Shown piece after piece: positions 12,101 to 22,980 of a DNA stretch of 40,064 bases. The DNA comes from Bigelowiella natans CCMP2755. Taxonomy: Eukaryota > Protista > Cercozoa. Made by a program: the position numbers and the translations under genes. The notes beneath the pieces were generated by a model. That model did not search any database and was not told the origin of the DNA. It saw nothing but the letters and a program-made list of their open reading frames with translations. Positions within the stretch are counted from its first letter, which is position 1. Every line of letters begins with the position of its first letter. Location of the stretch: assembly GCA_000320545.1 (NCBI GenBank), contig ADNK01000406.1:1-40064 (forward strand). Direction: 5' to 3'.

Positions 12101-12776
12101 CACCCACTTCCTCCTCAATCAATGAGACTGCCACGAAAAATTGAGCGAGGGTTCGTTCGCGTTTCACAAAAGGAAGGCAGAAAAAAAGAATTGTTCACGC
12201 AGGCTAGCAGGGCTGAACAAAAAGAAGAAGAAGAAGAAGAAGAAGTGTTTCGTGCAGGGTGGAGTGATCCACATCGGAATTGAGACACGTGTGCACACTT
12301 GTCCTTTGAGCTGCAGCACTGCATGGAACCAAATCATTCGTTCATTCGTTAGTTCAGAACATGGCGTTTTGCTGCGCTCATTGTGTGTTTCCTTGAGTTT
12401 CACAAGGGGAAAAGACTGCACATGCTAGCATGTGCGCAGCAGCATCACCGACGAAGCCAGGATCGAAGGCACGGAGGCAAAAACAAATCAGAATCGAACA
12501 AGTGCATGATCGCATCGAGAGTGCACAATGAACTGTGCGCGCACACGTTGCTCTGGCATTCCTAGATTGGTGGGAGGTGAGGTGGCAGTGGCAAATTCGG
12601 TGAGTTGCAGTGCCAGAGTGGTGCTTCAACACTGGCGATGCGATGGAGATACAATGTTGGGCTAGTGGGGCCATCTAGCGTCCCCGTTCGCTAACAGCAC
12701 GACGTGAAAATGTTTTCATGCTGCACTGCTTGCATGACATGTCTCAAATGTGCGCATGAAATTTTCTAGGAACAAG
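12101..12776. other. TpA-depleted, CTAG-retaining block (left flank of desaturase)
   Basis: Hand count: 9 TpA in ~675 bp, 6 of them within CTAG; 18-bp perfect palindrome GCACATGCTAGCATGTGC at 12418-12435. Confidence 0.75.
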
Positions 12777-13177
12777 TAAATTGAGCTCATCATGTGATGA
12801 AAGCAAATTCATAAAGAGTAGCTAATTTTATGTTTCTCCCCGCATGTGTGCCATCATACTGGACGAGGGCTTCGAGGGTATTCTTCGCATAACCATGTGC
12901 ACCTCGACATCCAAAGAACAGTGGACTACAAAGAACAGTGGACTAGCGGGAGGCCAATGAGTAGCCAACCTATGATAGAAAATCCTAGCAGTGTTATGAC
13001 CTTTGTTAAAATAGTCCCGGCGGCATCATGAGCTTCATTTGAAGCCACTCCAGCCATATGTGCAGGATAATTGCAAGCCGCTGTCATCCCAAAAAGAAAC
13101 CAGCACCTACCACAGTTTTGCGACTATCAGCTGCGAGCCCGCCAGCTTTGCCTAACGTGCCATCCTCGCTAGCATTT

Positions 13178-14638
13178 TCAAAGGTCGATCGCACGCATTT
13201 TCAGAGCTGCCTTGCGTAGGTGCTGCACCAATTCCACCTGCGCTTCAATCCAGGGAAGATTGTGGTAAGTTACATCGTGTTTCTTGCAGAACGCTTTGAC
13301 AAGCTGCTGCGCACGACGCAGATTGTGACGTGGCAGGCGCGGCCATAGGTGATGCTCGATCTGGAACTGCAGCCCCCCGTGGAACCAGTCCATCCACCAA
13401 GGACAATCTATGTTCAAGGTGGTGCGACACTGCATACGAAACCATTCGTCTTCATCGCCATTATAAGCTTTGCCGTGGTATGTTTCCCGCGCAAAGTGAG
13501 AGAGGCAAATCTGCACGTGCAGTACCCCCGCAAGCATGTGGGAGATAAGCAGATACAAGAGGCGCTCCTTCCAACCTCCTAAGCTGGTTTCTGAAGGAAA
13601 GTAAGCGAGGAGGGCGATATTCCACGCAAAAAAACCGAGTTCGCTGAGAATCTCCCACTCGCGCCTCCACACGACTTCATTTTCGTTGAACATTAGAATA
13701 AAGCCCTGAGCGTAGAGGTTGAAGCGCGCGAAAGCCATAATCGGATAAAAAAGCCAATGCTGATATGAGACGAGAAATCGAGCCGCTGCGTCTTTTCGAA
13801 TCCAACGCTTGTGAAAAGTGCTGTAGAAATCTTCGTTGAAAATCTCTTCTGATACTGCGAAGATGGGCATGTGTTGAATATCCGGATCGTGCTCGAGACT
13901 GTTGCAGGACACGTGATGCACATTGTGGCTCGCCTTCCACCAAGCACACGAGATGCCTGTCAGGAGATTTCCGATCACAAGCCCCCCCGCGGAGTCTTTC
14001 GAACGATTGTGTGATACAGCATTATGTCCTATATCGTGCCCCAGAAACGCCATTTGCTGCCAGAAGAGTGCAAGAATAGCTGCGCCCGAAAGATGGGCCA
14101 CTGTGGACGCACAGCCGAGAGTCAGGTACATCGCGGTAAAGCCTAAAAAGGCCAACCATGCCGCGAGGCCCCAATAGAAAGACATACGGGTTTCGAAGAG
14201 CCCCTCCTCCAAGAGCTGTTGCCGCATAGCACGATGTCCCTTCACAAAAGCAGATTCTTTGTAATCCACGACATCGCCAATGTAGTACTGCGGTAGCATT
14301 GTCTTGTAAACGCGCGCAGGGTGATAGTTTGCGAAAGCATCCGTGCAGTCCTTTCCGCCGAGATTCATCATGGGCAACCAACCACCGGGATGCTTGTCTG
14401 CAAATTTCGTCACATCGTACGCCTTCCCATCCACGATTATCCAGAGATCGTCGCGTTTGTCGTGCTTTGCTACCTCAGCCATCGTCAGGTCTTTGTGGGC
14501 AGCTTGGGCGCGACTCTTGAGGTCCGGATAATATTTTGGCACTTTATAAGCTTTACCCTCATCCTCTCGCCAGATTTCCTTGTGTCGGTGTTCGCTAACA
14601 TAGCTTGGGGGCCTGGTGACCTTGGTTGGGGGACTCAT
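13178..14638 (-). CDS. Cytochrome b5-fused front-end desaturase, most like delta-8 sphingolipid desaturase (delta-6-type family)
   Basis: Uninterrupted 486-aa ORF with b5 heme motif HPGG and His boxes HDIGH, HNVHH and QIEHH. Context EHDPDIQH, LHVQICLSHF and WFHGGLQFQ..PRLPRHNLR is typical of SLD-type enzymes. Regiospecificity cannot be proven from sequence. Confidence 0.95.
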   Translation of the reverse strand: MSPPTKVTRPPSYVSEHRHKEIWREDEGKAYKVPKYYPDLKSRAQAAHKDLTMAEVAKHDKRDDLWIIVDGKAYDVTKFADKHPGGWLPMMNLGGKDCTDAFANYHPARVYKTMLPQYYIGDVVDYKESAFVKGHRAMRQQLLEEGLFETRMSFYWGLAAWLAFLGFTAMYLTLGCASTVAHLSGAAILALFWQQMAFLGHDIGHNAVSHNRSKDSAGGLVIGNLLTGISCAWWKASHNVHHVSCNSLEHDPDIQHMPIFAVSEEIFNEDFYSTFHKRWIRKDAAARFLVSYQHWLFYPIMAFARFNLYAQGFILMFNENEVVWRREWEILSELGFFAWNIALLAYFPSETSLGGWKERLLYLLISHMLAGVLHVQICLSHFARETYHGKAYNGDEDEWFRMQCRTTLNIDCPWWMDWFHGGLQFQIEHHLWPRLPRHNLRRAQQLVKAFCKKHDVTYHNLPWIEAQVELVQHLRKAALKMRAIDL

Positions 14639-15056
14639 TCCTTCGCTAGACTGGACTAGCGCCGCGGGTGATGAGTTGTTCTTGTAGAGATCAATGTCTA
14701 TTTCTGACAGGCTGTTGAGCTATCCTCACCACTGCTCACATCGAAGGCCGTTTTCACTACAATCTGCAGTTAGGGTGCTCCAGATCCTACTAATCGTCCT
14801 GGGTTTCCGATGAAGATACTGTTTGGTCAAAAACGCCAGAGGACAAATATAAAAGGAGTGCTATTTCTTCTCTACGTCTTGTCAAAACGTGCAAATTCTA
14901 ACCAAGTTAAAGGCATCTTGTGCCACCGTCTTATTCGCTCCCCTGATCTAACGGTTGACGTTAATGTTCGTAAAACCGTACGTATCGATTTGTAACTCCG
15001 TAGGTCTAGTTGCGAAAAGTTAAATTTTTGAAAGACTAAATTCAGATACGGGTAAA

Positions 15057-16460
15057 ATCCCACAAGACGCAAGAACCTTGTTTGATGACAGATGGTTTGT
15101 TGCCAACTGAAAAGAAGAATGAATTCTCCATTCACCCATGCAACAAGCATTCCAATTTTCCCCTCCATTTCCACATCATGAGTTAGACCATTTGCAGATT
15201 CGTCATGAGAATCACTTGATGCAGTGCCAACCATTCAGTGCCAATGTTTTCTGGTTTTCCGTTGCAAATTCAGAAGTCAGAAGGTCACCTGCTAGACCTG
15301 CTAGCCTGCACGCACACGTCACGTTTGGCGGGGCCTCGATGAACAGTCCTGTTGTCACCAAAGTGGGAAAACTTGCAAGCTTGGGTTGCAAAGCAAGCTA
15401 GCAAGGTCATCGCCGTGCCAGGATGTCGGAAGAGCGTTTGGGTCATCTTTTGGCATCCCTCGTTCTGGCTAGCTACCAGCCGCTTGGCGGTGCCAATGTT
15501 GGCATGCCAGCGCATGTGAGTGGTTCTCCAGCTCTGTCCCAGCAAAAAAAAATCACTTCACAGCACCAACACTGGAACAGCACCACTGGACCAGCACCAC
15601 TCTGGCACTGGAACAGCACCACTGAAACAGCACCACTGGCTAGCTGGACCAGACCATGGCTAGATGGCAGAGCACGCTGGCACGCATGAGGGAGCAGCGA
15701 TGTCCAGCTAGCTAGCTAGCTAGGTGTGCAGTGTGTGTGTGTGTGTGTGCCGAATTGTGCCAATCTGGCAATGTGGTTCTTCGTGCAGATCAGTCTGGCA
15801 GTGTGGCACAGCGGCAAACAAACCTCTGGATCCATCCAGACTTGCTAGCGTGTGGTCCTTGCTAGCTTGCAACAAGCTAGCAAGTGACAAGTGACTTCGT
15901 GAAATCAACATTGAAAGCAGGCAAACGGACACACTTCCAGCAGACTCTTCATTGGGCGGGCATGCCAGCACGCAACAGAGCTGCTAGCTAGCTAGAAAGC
16001 TAAAAAGGCTGAATGTGAATCCTCCAAATCATCCTCCACAACTTTCCAGCTTTCTAGCTGCGCATGCTGCGTCCACTGGCATGTCCATGCTGGCTAGCTA
16101 GCTAGCTGGCATGCATGCCAGCATCGTCAGAAATGCAAATTTTGATGCACATTCCGAGACCTTTTCCCAGATTCCTAGCTCTAGAGATCTGCAGAGGTAC
16201 TTCATTTTTGCATGAGATTTTGAGCCCGTCTAGCTGTCTAGCCGTGTTTTTTTGAGCTAGATGCAGTCAACGACCGATGCGACTTCTAGACTTCTCGATC
16301 CTCACAGACGACCAGTTCCTTCCGGCTTTGCGCATGCATGCGCAAGCAAGCTAGCAAGCGCAGAGTGTATGAGTGATCTGGCTAGCTAGCTAGCTGGGCA
16401 CGCGCCTACTCATGCTAGCATGGGGTCCGCGTTGACTCCACGCGCTAGCTAGCTAGCGCG
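15057..16460. other. TpA-depleted, CTAG- and palindrome-rich block (right flank of desaturase); possible degenerate repeat
   Basis: Hand count for 15057-16366: 31 TpA, 27 within CTAG. Several (GCTA)3-4 runs and 12-20 bp perfect palindromes. Confidence 0.8.
15561..15640 (+). repeat. Imperfect tandem repeat, about 5 copies, consensus CAGCACCACTGGAA
   Basis: cagcaccaacactggaa / cagcaccactggac / cagcaccactctggcactggaa / cagcaccactgaaa / cagcaccactggc. Confidence 0.85.
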
Positions 16461-16744
16461 GGTTACTTCGAGCACAACCGAGGCAATGGCTTGCGCCAGA
16501 CTGCTAGACTGCCTGTCCGGCCAGCCGGCTTCCGTTCGCGCCCTCTAACGTCTACATTTTGCCGTGTTTCAGCATTAAGTATGCACATGCATACGCACGG
16601 AAGGAACTGGTTAAGTCAAATAAATTATTTATATAAATTTTTTCGTGTGGCATTGCAATGTTTACTAGAGTTGTCCTGTTGCTATTGCTCTACATATTGG
16701 CTTCTAATCCCTCGTGTCTCCCTTGCTCTCGCCTTTGGAAGCTC

Positions 16745-16827
16745 CTACTGCTCTGAAGACTGTCGCAGTTTGTCCCCTTTCTTCTGTTCCTCCTTGGCAG
16801 CCTTTATTTGGTGAGATGGTGATCGTA

Positions 16828-16868
<41 letters not shown>

Positions 16869-17036
16869 GTATGTGTGGCTAATAAAATGGACCATTCTAC
16901 TTCAATTTCAACTCAAGCCACTACTAGCACCACTACCACTATTACTACTACAAAGCTGCTAGTGCGACTACCAGATCTACGACTCCTGTGAATCCAACTT
17001 CTTTTGCGAATTCAGTCTCTTTGAACTGATATCAAT

Positions 17037-17078
<42 letters not shown>

Positions 17079-17108
17079 ATACACAATAATATATGTATTA
17101 TATACATC

Positions 17109-17166
<58 letters not shown>

Positions 17167-17583
17167 ATAGATGTCCCGTAATCGTCGCCACTATTCACTC
17201 TTTGCTTGTGTCATGGCTATTATCGATAGGTCATCCGTCCATCGTAGTGTTGTGTTACCCTCCCCCCCCTCCTCCGCCAAACTGCCGCACATAGTACTAA
17301 AGGTTTGTGGTGGTGTTCATTTGCACCATGGTCAACAAACACCGATGGCGGCAATCACGACAGAATAATGAGATGATGAATACGAAAAGATGATGATGAA
17401 GAAAAGTGATAGATAGTATCGGATGGTGTTGCCAAAACAGTGTCAAAAACCACAGTAAATTTCCAACAAAAATGGCAAGAGGAGAAGAGGGGAAGAGGGA
17501 GAATGGATGTGGGTTGTTTTACGAATTAAAAAAATTGATGCTGATGAAGATGTGCATATTCGGGATGATTTATAAGGATATAG

Positions 17584-17626
<43 letters not shown>

Positions 17627-17708
17627 TGTGTCCTCTCTGGTTCAATCTTACCTCTTGATAATACTGCATGCCAAGGTGTGAAGCTTCAGCCCACAGGCCT
17701 GAATCATG

Positions 17709-17740
<32 letters not shown>

Positions 17741-18981
17741 TATCATTATGTGATGTTGCTTACAGCAGGGGAGCAGGTTCGAAATAAAAAGAGAGAAATG
17801 ACCATACTAACGGTCCACGAGAGTGTGCATCAACTAACCCACCATCGTGTTTTTCTAATATGGTGATTCCCCCCTCCCCCCCCCCTCCGGAGCCTCTTCA
17901 TATCATTCAAGTAGGGACCTCCGAGCGCCTTAAACATAACGATTTGACCCTCTCCTTGGTAGAGGAAGAATACTTGCGTGCCTAGATTCCGGTGATGTGA
18001 TAAGTATATGATCGAGGAACATAACATCTTCGCCCTATGTTCGGTTTTGGGCTTGTGGTATTAAAACTGCTACTAGTGATTAGCGTACTGACCGATGTAC
18101 ATAGCTGCAAGGGTGTAGATGAATTTCATCAACCTGGAACCTATTAGGTGATGAGACGGTTTTTATGTGTCAATACAATACATGTGCCTGCCGAAATATT
18201 GCAGCTCCTTGACGTCTACATGCGATGTGGTCGTTCTATCAATAGTCATTATCTCCGTCATTCACTCATTGTTGTGATGATTCCTTCCGCATTGTCGTAA
18301 GTACGAAGGACTCGGAGCATGGCAATAGTATTATATTGGTAGCTAGCTAGCACCTTCCACGCAGGTGTCGCTCCACCAGTCGCACGTGTAGTCGGAGAGA
18401 AAGTCCAGAATAAAGGCCACAGTCGCTATCAGAGCGAACATAGCCGAACCTAAATATCGATGGTAATTCATATTAATGTTGTGTTATTGTCCTCCTCCTT
18501 GTGGTTGTTGTTGTTGTTGACGTTGCACTGCGACGAGACGACGAAGACGTGCGATGGTGATGGTAGTGCGTGCGACAGACACGATGACAAAAGAACACAA
18601 CCGCTGCGCAATGAAAATTGATATGATTTATGTGCTGCTTGCCTGCTAGAATCTTATCCACACGATTACGGTTTGCCTCCTCATACCGTTTACCCTCTGT
18701 GGCAGCAAAGACGGAGAGGGGGGGGGGGGGGAGGGGAAATTAAGGGAAGATAATAATTGTATTGTTACATATGTGTATGCGTGGTGTTTATGTGTGTGTG
18801 TATTTTTGTTCAGAAACGTGATGATTAACTTCGGTGATGAAGAATGGTTTTAGCATCATCATCATCATCATCATCATCTTCATCATCGATCACGATCTAT
18901 GACCTTCTTGTAGATAATCTACGACTTTCAATAGCGCATCCTCACGCTGCTTCTGGTCTCCAAAAGCTGGGTGGTGCGCAT

Positions 18982-19017
<36 letters not shown>

Positions 19018-19484
19018 CAACATGCTGCACAAGAGCAAGGAAAGAGGAGAAGCCGACGAACGTATAATGCATGAATTGCAAAACAGCTGAAGTAGTAATG
19101 GTGGAGGTGGCAGATCCTACTAGCATCATACTATCATAATTACTACTACTACTACTACTACATGAGCTACTACTGATGATAATGTCTACACTCTCTCTCA
19201 CCTGCAATTTTCTTGAATTCTGAGCGTGCCTCTTCGAGGGCTTTTTGCATTGTGTTATCCAGCACTTCTTGTTTCACGTACTGAGGGTGGAAGAGGAAGG
19301 GGGAAGGAAGTGAATGAAGAATGCCGTTTGCGCGCGCATGATAGAACTAATAATCTACATCCTCCCCCCCCCCCCTTCAAGCTTGTATGTTGGCAGTGAT
19401 GGTGATTTGTGTAGGTTGGTTCAAAATCAGGTTTCAATGAAAGGACACACACGCGCGCGCGCACGCGCACATACTAAATGTATA

Positions 19485-19528
<44 letters not shown>

Positions 19529-19758
19529 CCGGTTTGTTGGGGCCAGCCTTAGAGTCCATGATGCCCTTGTACTTCTCAATCGCCCTCTCGCGGGCTTCAA
19601 GCGTTGTGGCCTTGGTCATTGCCGTGAAGAGCGAGACGGCCTCGGGCATCTGGCCGTCTTTGAAAACCTCTGTGAACGATGTTATGTAGTACCCTAGCGA
19701 CTTAGGCGTCAACTCAATGTTGCGCACGATGTCCTACGTCAGGTTAATAGCAGGTAGC

Positions 19759-19807
<49 letters not shown>

Positions 19808-22800
19808 AGAGAAAGGGCGGAGAATGAATGCTTTGGGAAGCGGGTGGGCAAACGAGATCATAGGAGAAGGAGGAGGAGGAGGAGGGAGGTACGAGAGGGC
19901 TTAGCTGTGCGTACGTACCTTTTTGACCACTAACGTCCGGTCGAAAACGTCGCGGAGGAAGTGCCCTGTCATCTTTTTGAATCCTGAAACAACGGGGAGA
20001 ATAAAAAGGCTACTTATTATAGGATGTTTAAGAACTCGATTCCTTCTCATCGTGTTTCCTCACCAACACCAACACCGACTCCATTTGTGTGACTACTATG
20101 ACGATTATGATGCGAAGCAAGGAAGGGAAAAAGCTATGATGATCAATCACCAGGCTCACAATCATCCAGGTTTCCGGTCCATTTCTTGCGAAGAGGCTTC
20201 AGACCTGCAGCATGCATAATAACAGCATAACACGTGTGTGTGTGTGTGTGTGTGTGTGTGGCGCGCGAGCGCCTCTCGCCCACCTCTCTTTCTCTCTCTC
20301 TCTCTCTCTCTAACTCTAACTCTCTCTCTCTTTCTCTGCGCATGTATGCGCCATACGTACCAATGTGAGGGATGAAAAAGGCGTCCACTTTTTCGAATGA
20401 GCTCTGAGGCAAAAAGATAATGACGACTGATGCTGTTTATGACGACGGCTAATCTTCCATGCAAATGTAGTAACCATGATGCGTTCTCGTTGCCCTCCAT
20501 CCTTAAAGTTTTCCGCCAGCGTATCCTCCAACACATCCTTCGTTTGCTTGATATTCTCCTCCACATCTGTCGGTAGGGATAAAGAACGATGACGCTGATG
20601 ATGACAACAGATGAAAGGAAGAAATTTGTTTTTGTAGACAAAATTGTCTTATTTCTCGCTTGTATTGCAGTTGTGGCCGGAAGCGTATGTTTCACCTTCA
20701 GGATCGTCGAAATTCGCCCAATCACGGACAAGGAACTGCAGGTTTTGGAATTTGTGCTCGCTTATATCGTCTTCCTTTCCGTCCTTTTCGGCATTCTGGC
20801 AGTGTTTGATCAGGGGGGTTGGTGATGACGATGATGATAACCACGACGATGACGACGATGATGACATATCACCAGAAGTTGATCATAATGGCGATGCTAG
20901 TGTGACTCTATCAAAGTTTAAAGTCGAAGTGGACTCGAGAAAGGGAGTATTACTGTCCGTGCATTTTTTACTTGGTTGATGTTGATCGTAAAGGAACTAA
21001 CTACAGTCTTAGCCCCCCTCCCCACAACCTTCAACTCTTCCTTCGACTTGAATAACCGCAGCGCGGAGCGTGCGAATTGCGTGAAGTAGTCAAGTTGCTG
21101 CAATGTGTCCTCTTGGATGCGGTTTTGCACGTTCAGCACTTGGAAAGAGGATATCAGCACCGAAAGACCGAAAATCGCCTGTATTTATTCCATGATGTCA
21201 GTGCCAGGAGAACAGGCACGATACTTGTAAAATTTAAAGTCGTTAATCCATCATTGCGACTGCGCTGTATTGACGGGTGGAGAACTAACGGAATGTATAC
21301 TAAATCGCTGGAGTTGGTAAACCTTATCATTTTTATTCTATACGAAGGTGTGAAATTAGATATCTGAAACTCGTGTTGCTGCACAAATCTCTGTTGCTAA
21401 GGTAAGCTAAGGAAGGAAGTACATTGTTGATGGCAGGGGGGAGAGGGGGTCGAAGAGACCTGCGAGAAAAACAAAACCAAACACCGACGACGTATAAAAA
21501 TGTTCAGACACCCAGAGCATAAGTAAAACCGCGTTTGGGCTGTTGCTCTTGTTGCCTCAATACTAATTACTGAGGTCGTCACCATCAAAATTGGTTGCTA
21601 ACTTCATCATGTGGTTCATGACAGACATACCCTGAGTGTCCATCAATAGCACACACACTTTCTGGCCCTTAATTGTCCTACCGACGTGGAAGAAGAAGAA
21701 GAAGAAGAAGAAGAAGAAGAAGAGGCGTCAAGATTGGTTCACAGATGTGCAGGAAGACTAATGGCCAAAGTTCACAACACGCCATGGACGTCGCAAAACA
21801 AAATCACTTGTAACCTCATCACCTTGAAACTTAAAAAGTAAGTTTAACTCAAAATTATATCATCATGTAACGAAGCTGTTGATGGTTGACGCTGCTCAAT
21901 TTTATCTCCCTCTACTTTAGAAAGAGTTGGTGTGCATGTGTGTGCGTGCAAAATTATGTTAATGGCAAAATGTCACTCGTACTGCTAATACAAACCTGAC
22001 GAATGGTGTGGAGTAAAACCAAATACCAGTGGTTGTTCGATCCTGGTGTGCCTGAGAATGGAAGGAGGGAAGAAAGGGAGTTGGGGGGGGGGGGGGGGGG
22101 TTGAGAGTTCAGTTTGAGTGATTAGAGGAAGGGTTTCAAGAGATTGAAAAAGGAACGCGAACGATAGGACAATCTATCTTTACACGATTGTGAATTTCTC
22201 TCATACACATTAAACCTCCTACTAATGATGCTAATCCTACCCTCCAGTAAAACTGCGATTCCTTCTCTTCGTTTAAGTCCGTTCCAGCGAATATACACCC
22301 GGGATCCTTCTCGGTATTTTCAGCTGGAAATGGAGAGATGAGGGAGAAGGCGGAAGAGGAGCAGTTATAATATTGAATATTGACATGTGTGAGGAAAAAC
22401 ATCATGATTCGAAGAACGAGACGACGGCAAAAATGTAGTTGAGGATTCTTTCTTCCGACTCACTGGGTTCCGTAAGGTATCGAAGGAAAAGGTCCAGCAT
22501 AAAGCTTTTCCCCGTGCGCATAGCGCCGACCAGCGACACGATGTACATTTTCTTCAGCCCTGAAGGTATTGGAATGGAAGGAAGGAAGGAACATGAGCTC
22601 AATTAAAATTGAGAGGAGCCGAGCATTTTCTCCAATTGAACAAGAAGAACCCCCAGATCCATCTTTAGATATTTGGTGTTAGGGAGGTGGGAGAAGCAGG
22701 TTCCAACCGGTTTTCTCCACATTGTCCAACACTTCTTGAAGGGCGTCCTCGTCGACAACGATTTTTCGATCCTTGCCGTCCTCTCCCTAACAATGAAATT

Positions 22801-22980
22801 GTTTGAAGAAAAATTTAAGGAAGCAAAGAATGTACTACTTCTTATTAAGAAGTCCGAGTGTGCAATTACAACTACCGTGTTCTCCACGCATACAACTTGA
22901 ACTGGGCGGCCCGAGTACCTCGTGGGTGATTCTGATGTGGATGCCGTCACAATAGAAATCAAACGCCCCAACAGCGCCAT
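16745..22980 (-). CDS. ATL: Atlastin (ER membrane-fusion GTPase, GBP/dynamin superfamily), about 20 exons
   Basis: Spliced motifs: IVSLVGAMRTGKSFMLDLFLRYL (P-loop, ~22475-22545), RTTTGIW (~22030), VLLMDTQG (~21640), AIFGLSVLISSFQVLNVQNRIQEDTLQQL, FQNLQFLVRDW (~20720), a helical bundle, then two TM segments around SDYTCDWWSDTC (~18380). The last exons and stop (16745) are provisional. One apparent 1-bp frameshift at 21436-21441. Confidence 0.92.
17040..17165. repeat. (CA)n ... (TA)n(TG)n tracts forming a microsatellite inverted repeat in an atlastin intron
   Basis: CA run 17040-17071; TA run ~17109-17134; TG run ~17135-17165. Confidence 0.85.

Noticed and set aside
13245-14659. Overlapping antisense and alternate-frame ORFs over the desaturase
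   Set aside because: Shadows of a GC-balanced coding sequence; no motifs.
15561-15640. CRISPR-like array
   Set aside because: Units are ~14 bp, adjacent, and lack unique spacers; eukaryotic context with no cas genes.
15138-15971. Several 80-90 aa ORFs rich in H/Q/C/W
   Set aside because: TpA depletion removes TAA and most TAG stops and all Tyr codons, so ORFs lengthen passively; no domain motifs.
12101-16560. Complete autonomous transposon (TIR element, Helitron or LTR)
   Set aside because: No transposase, Rep/helicase or RT ORF, no terminal repeats at the block edges and no target-site duplication found by eye; CTAG is too frequent to define a Helitron end.
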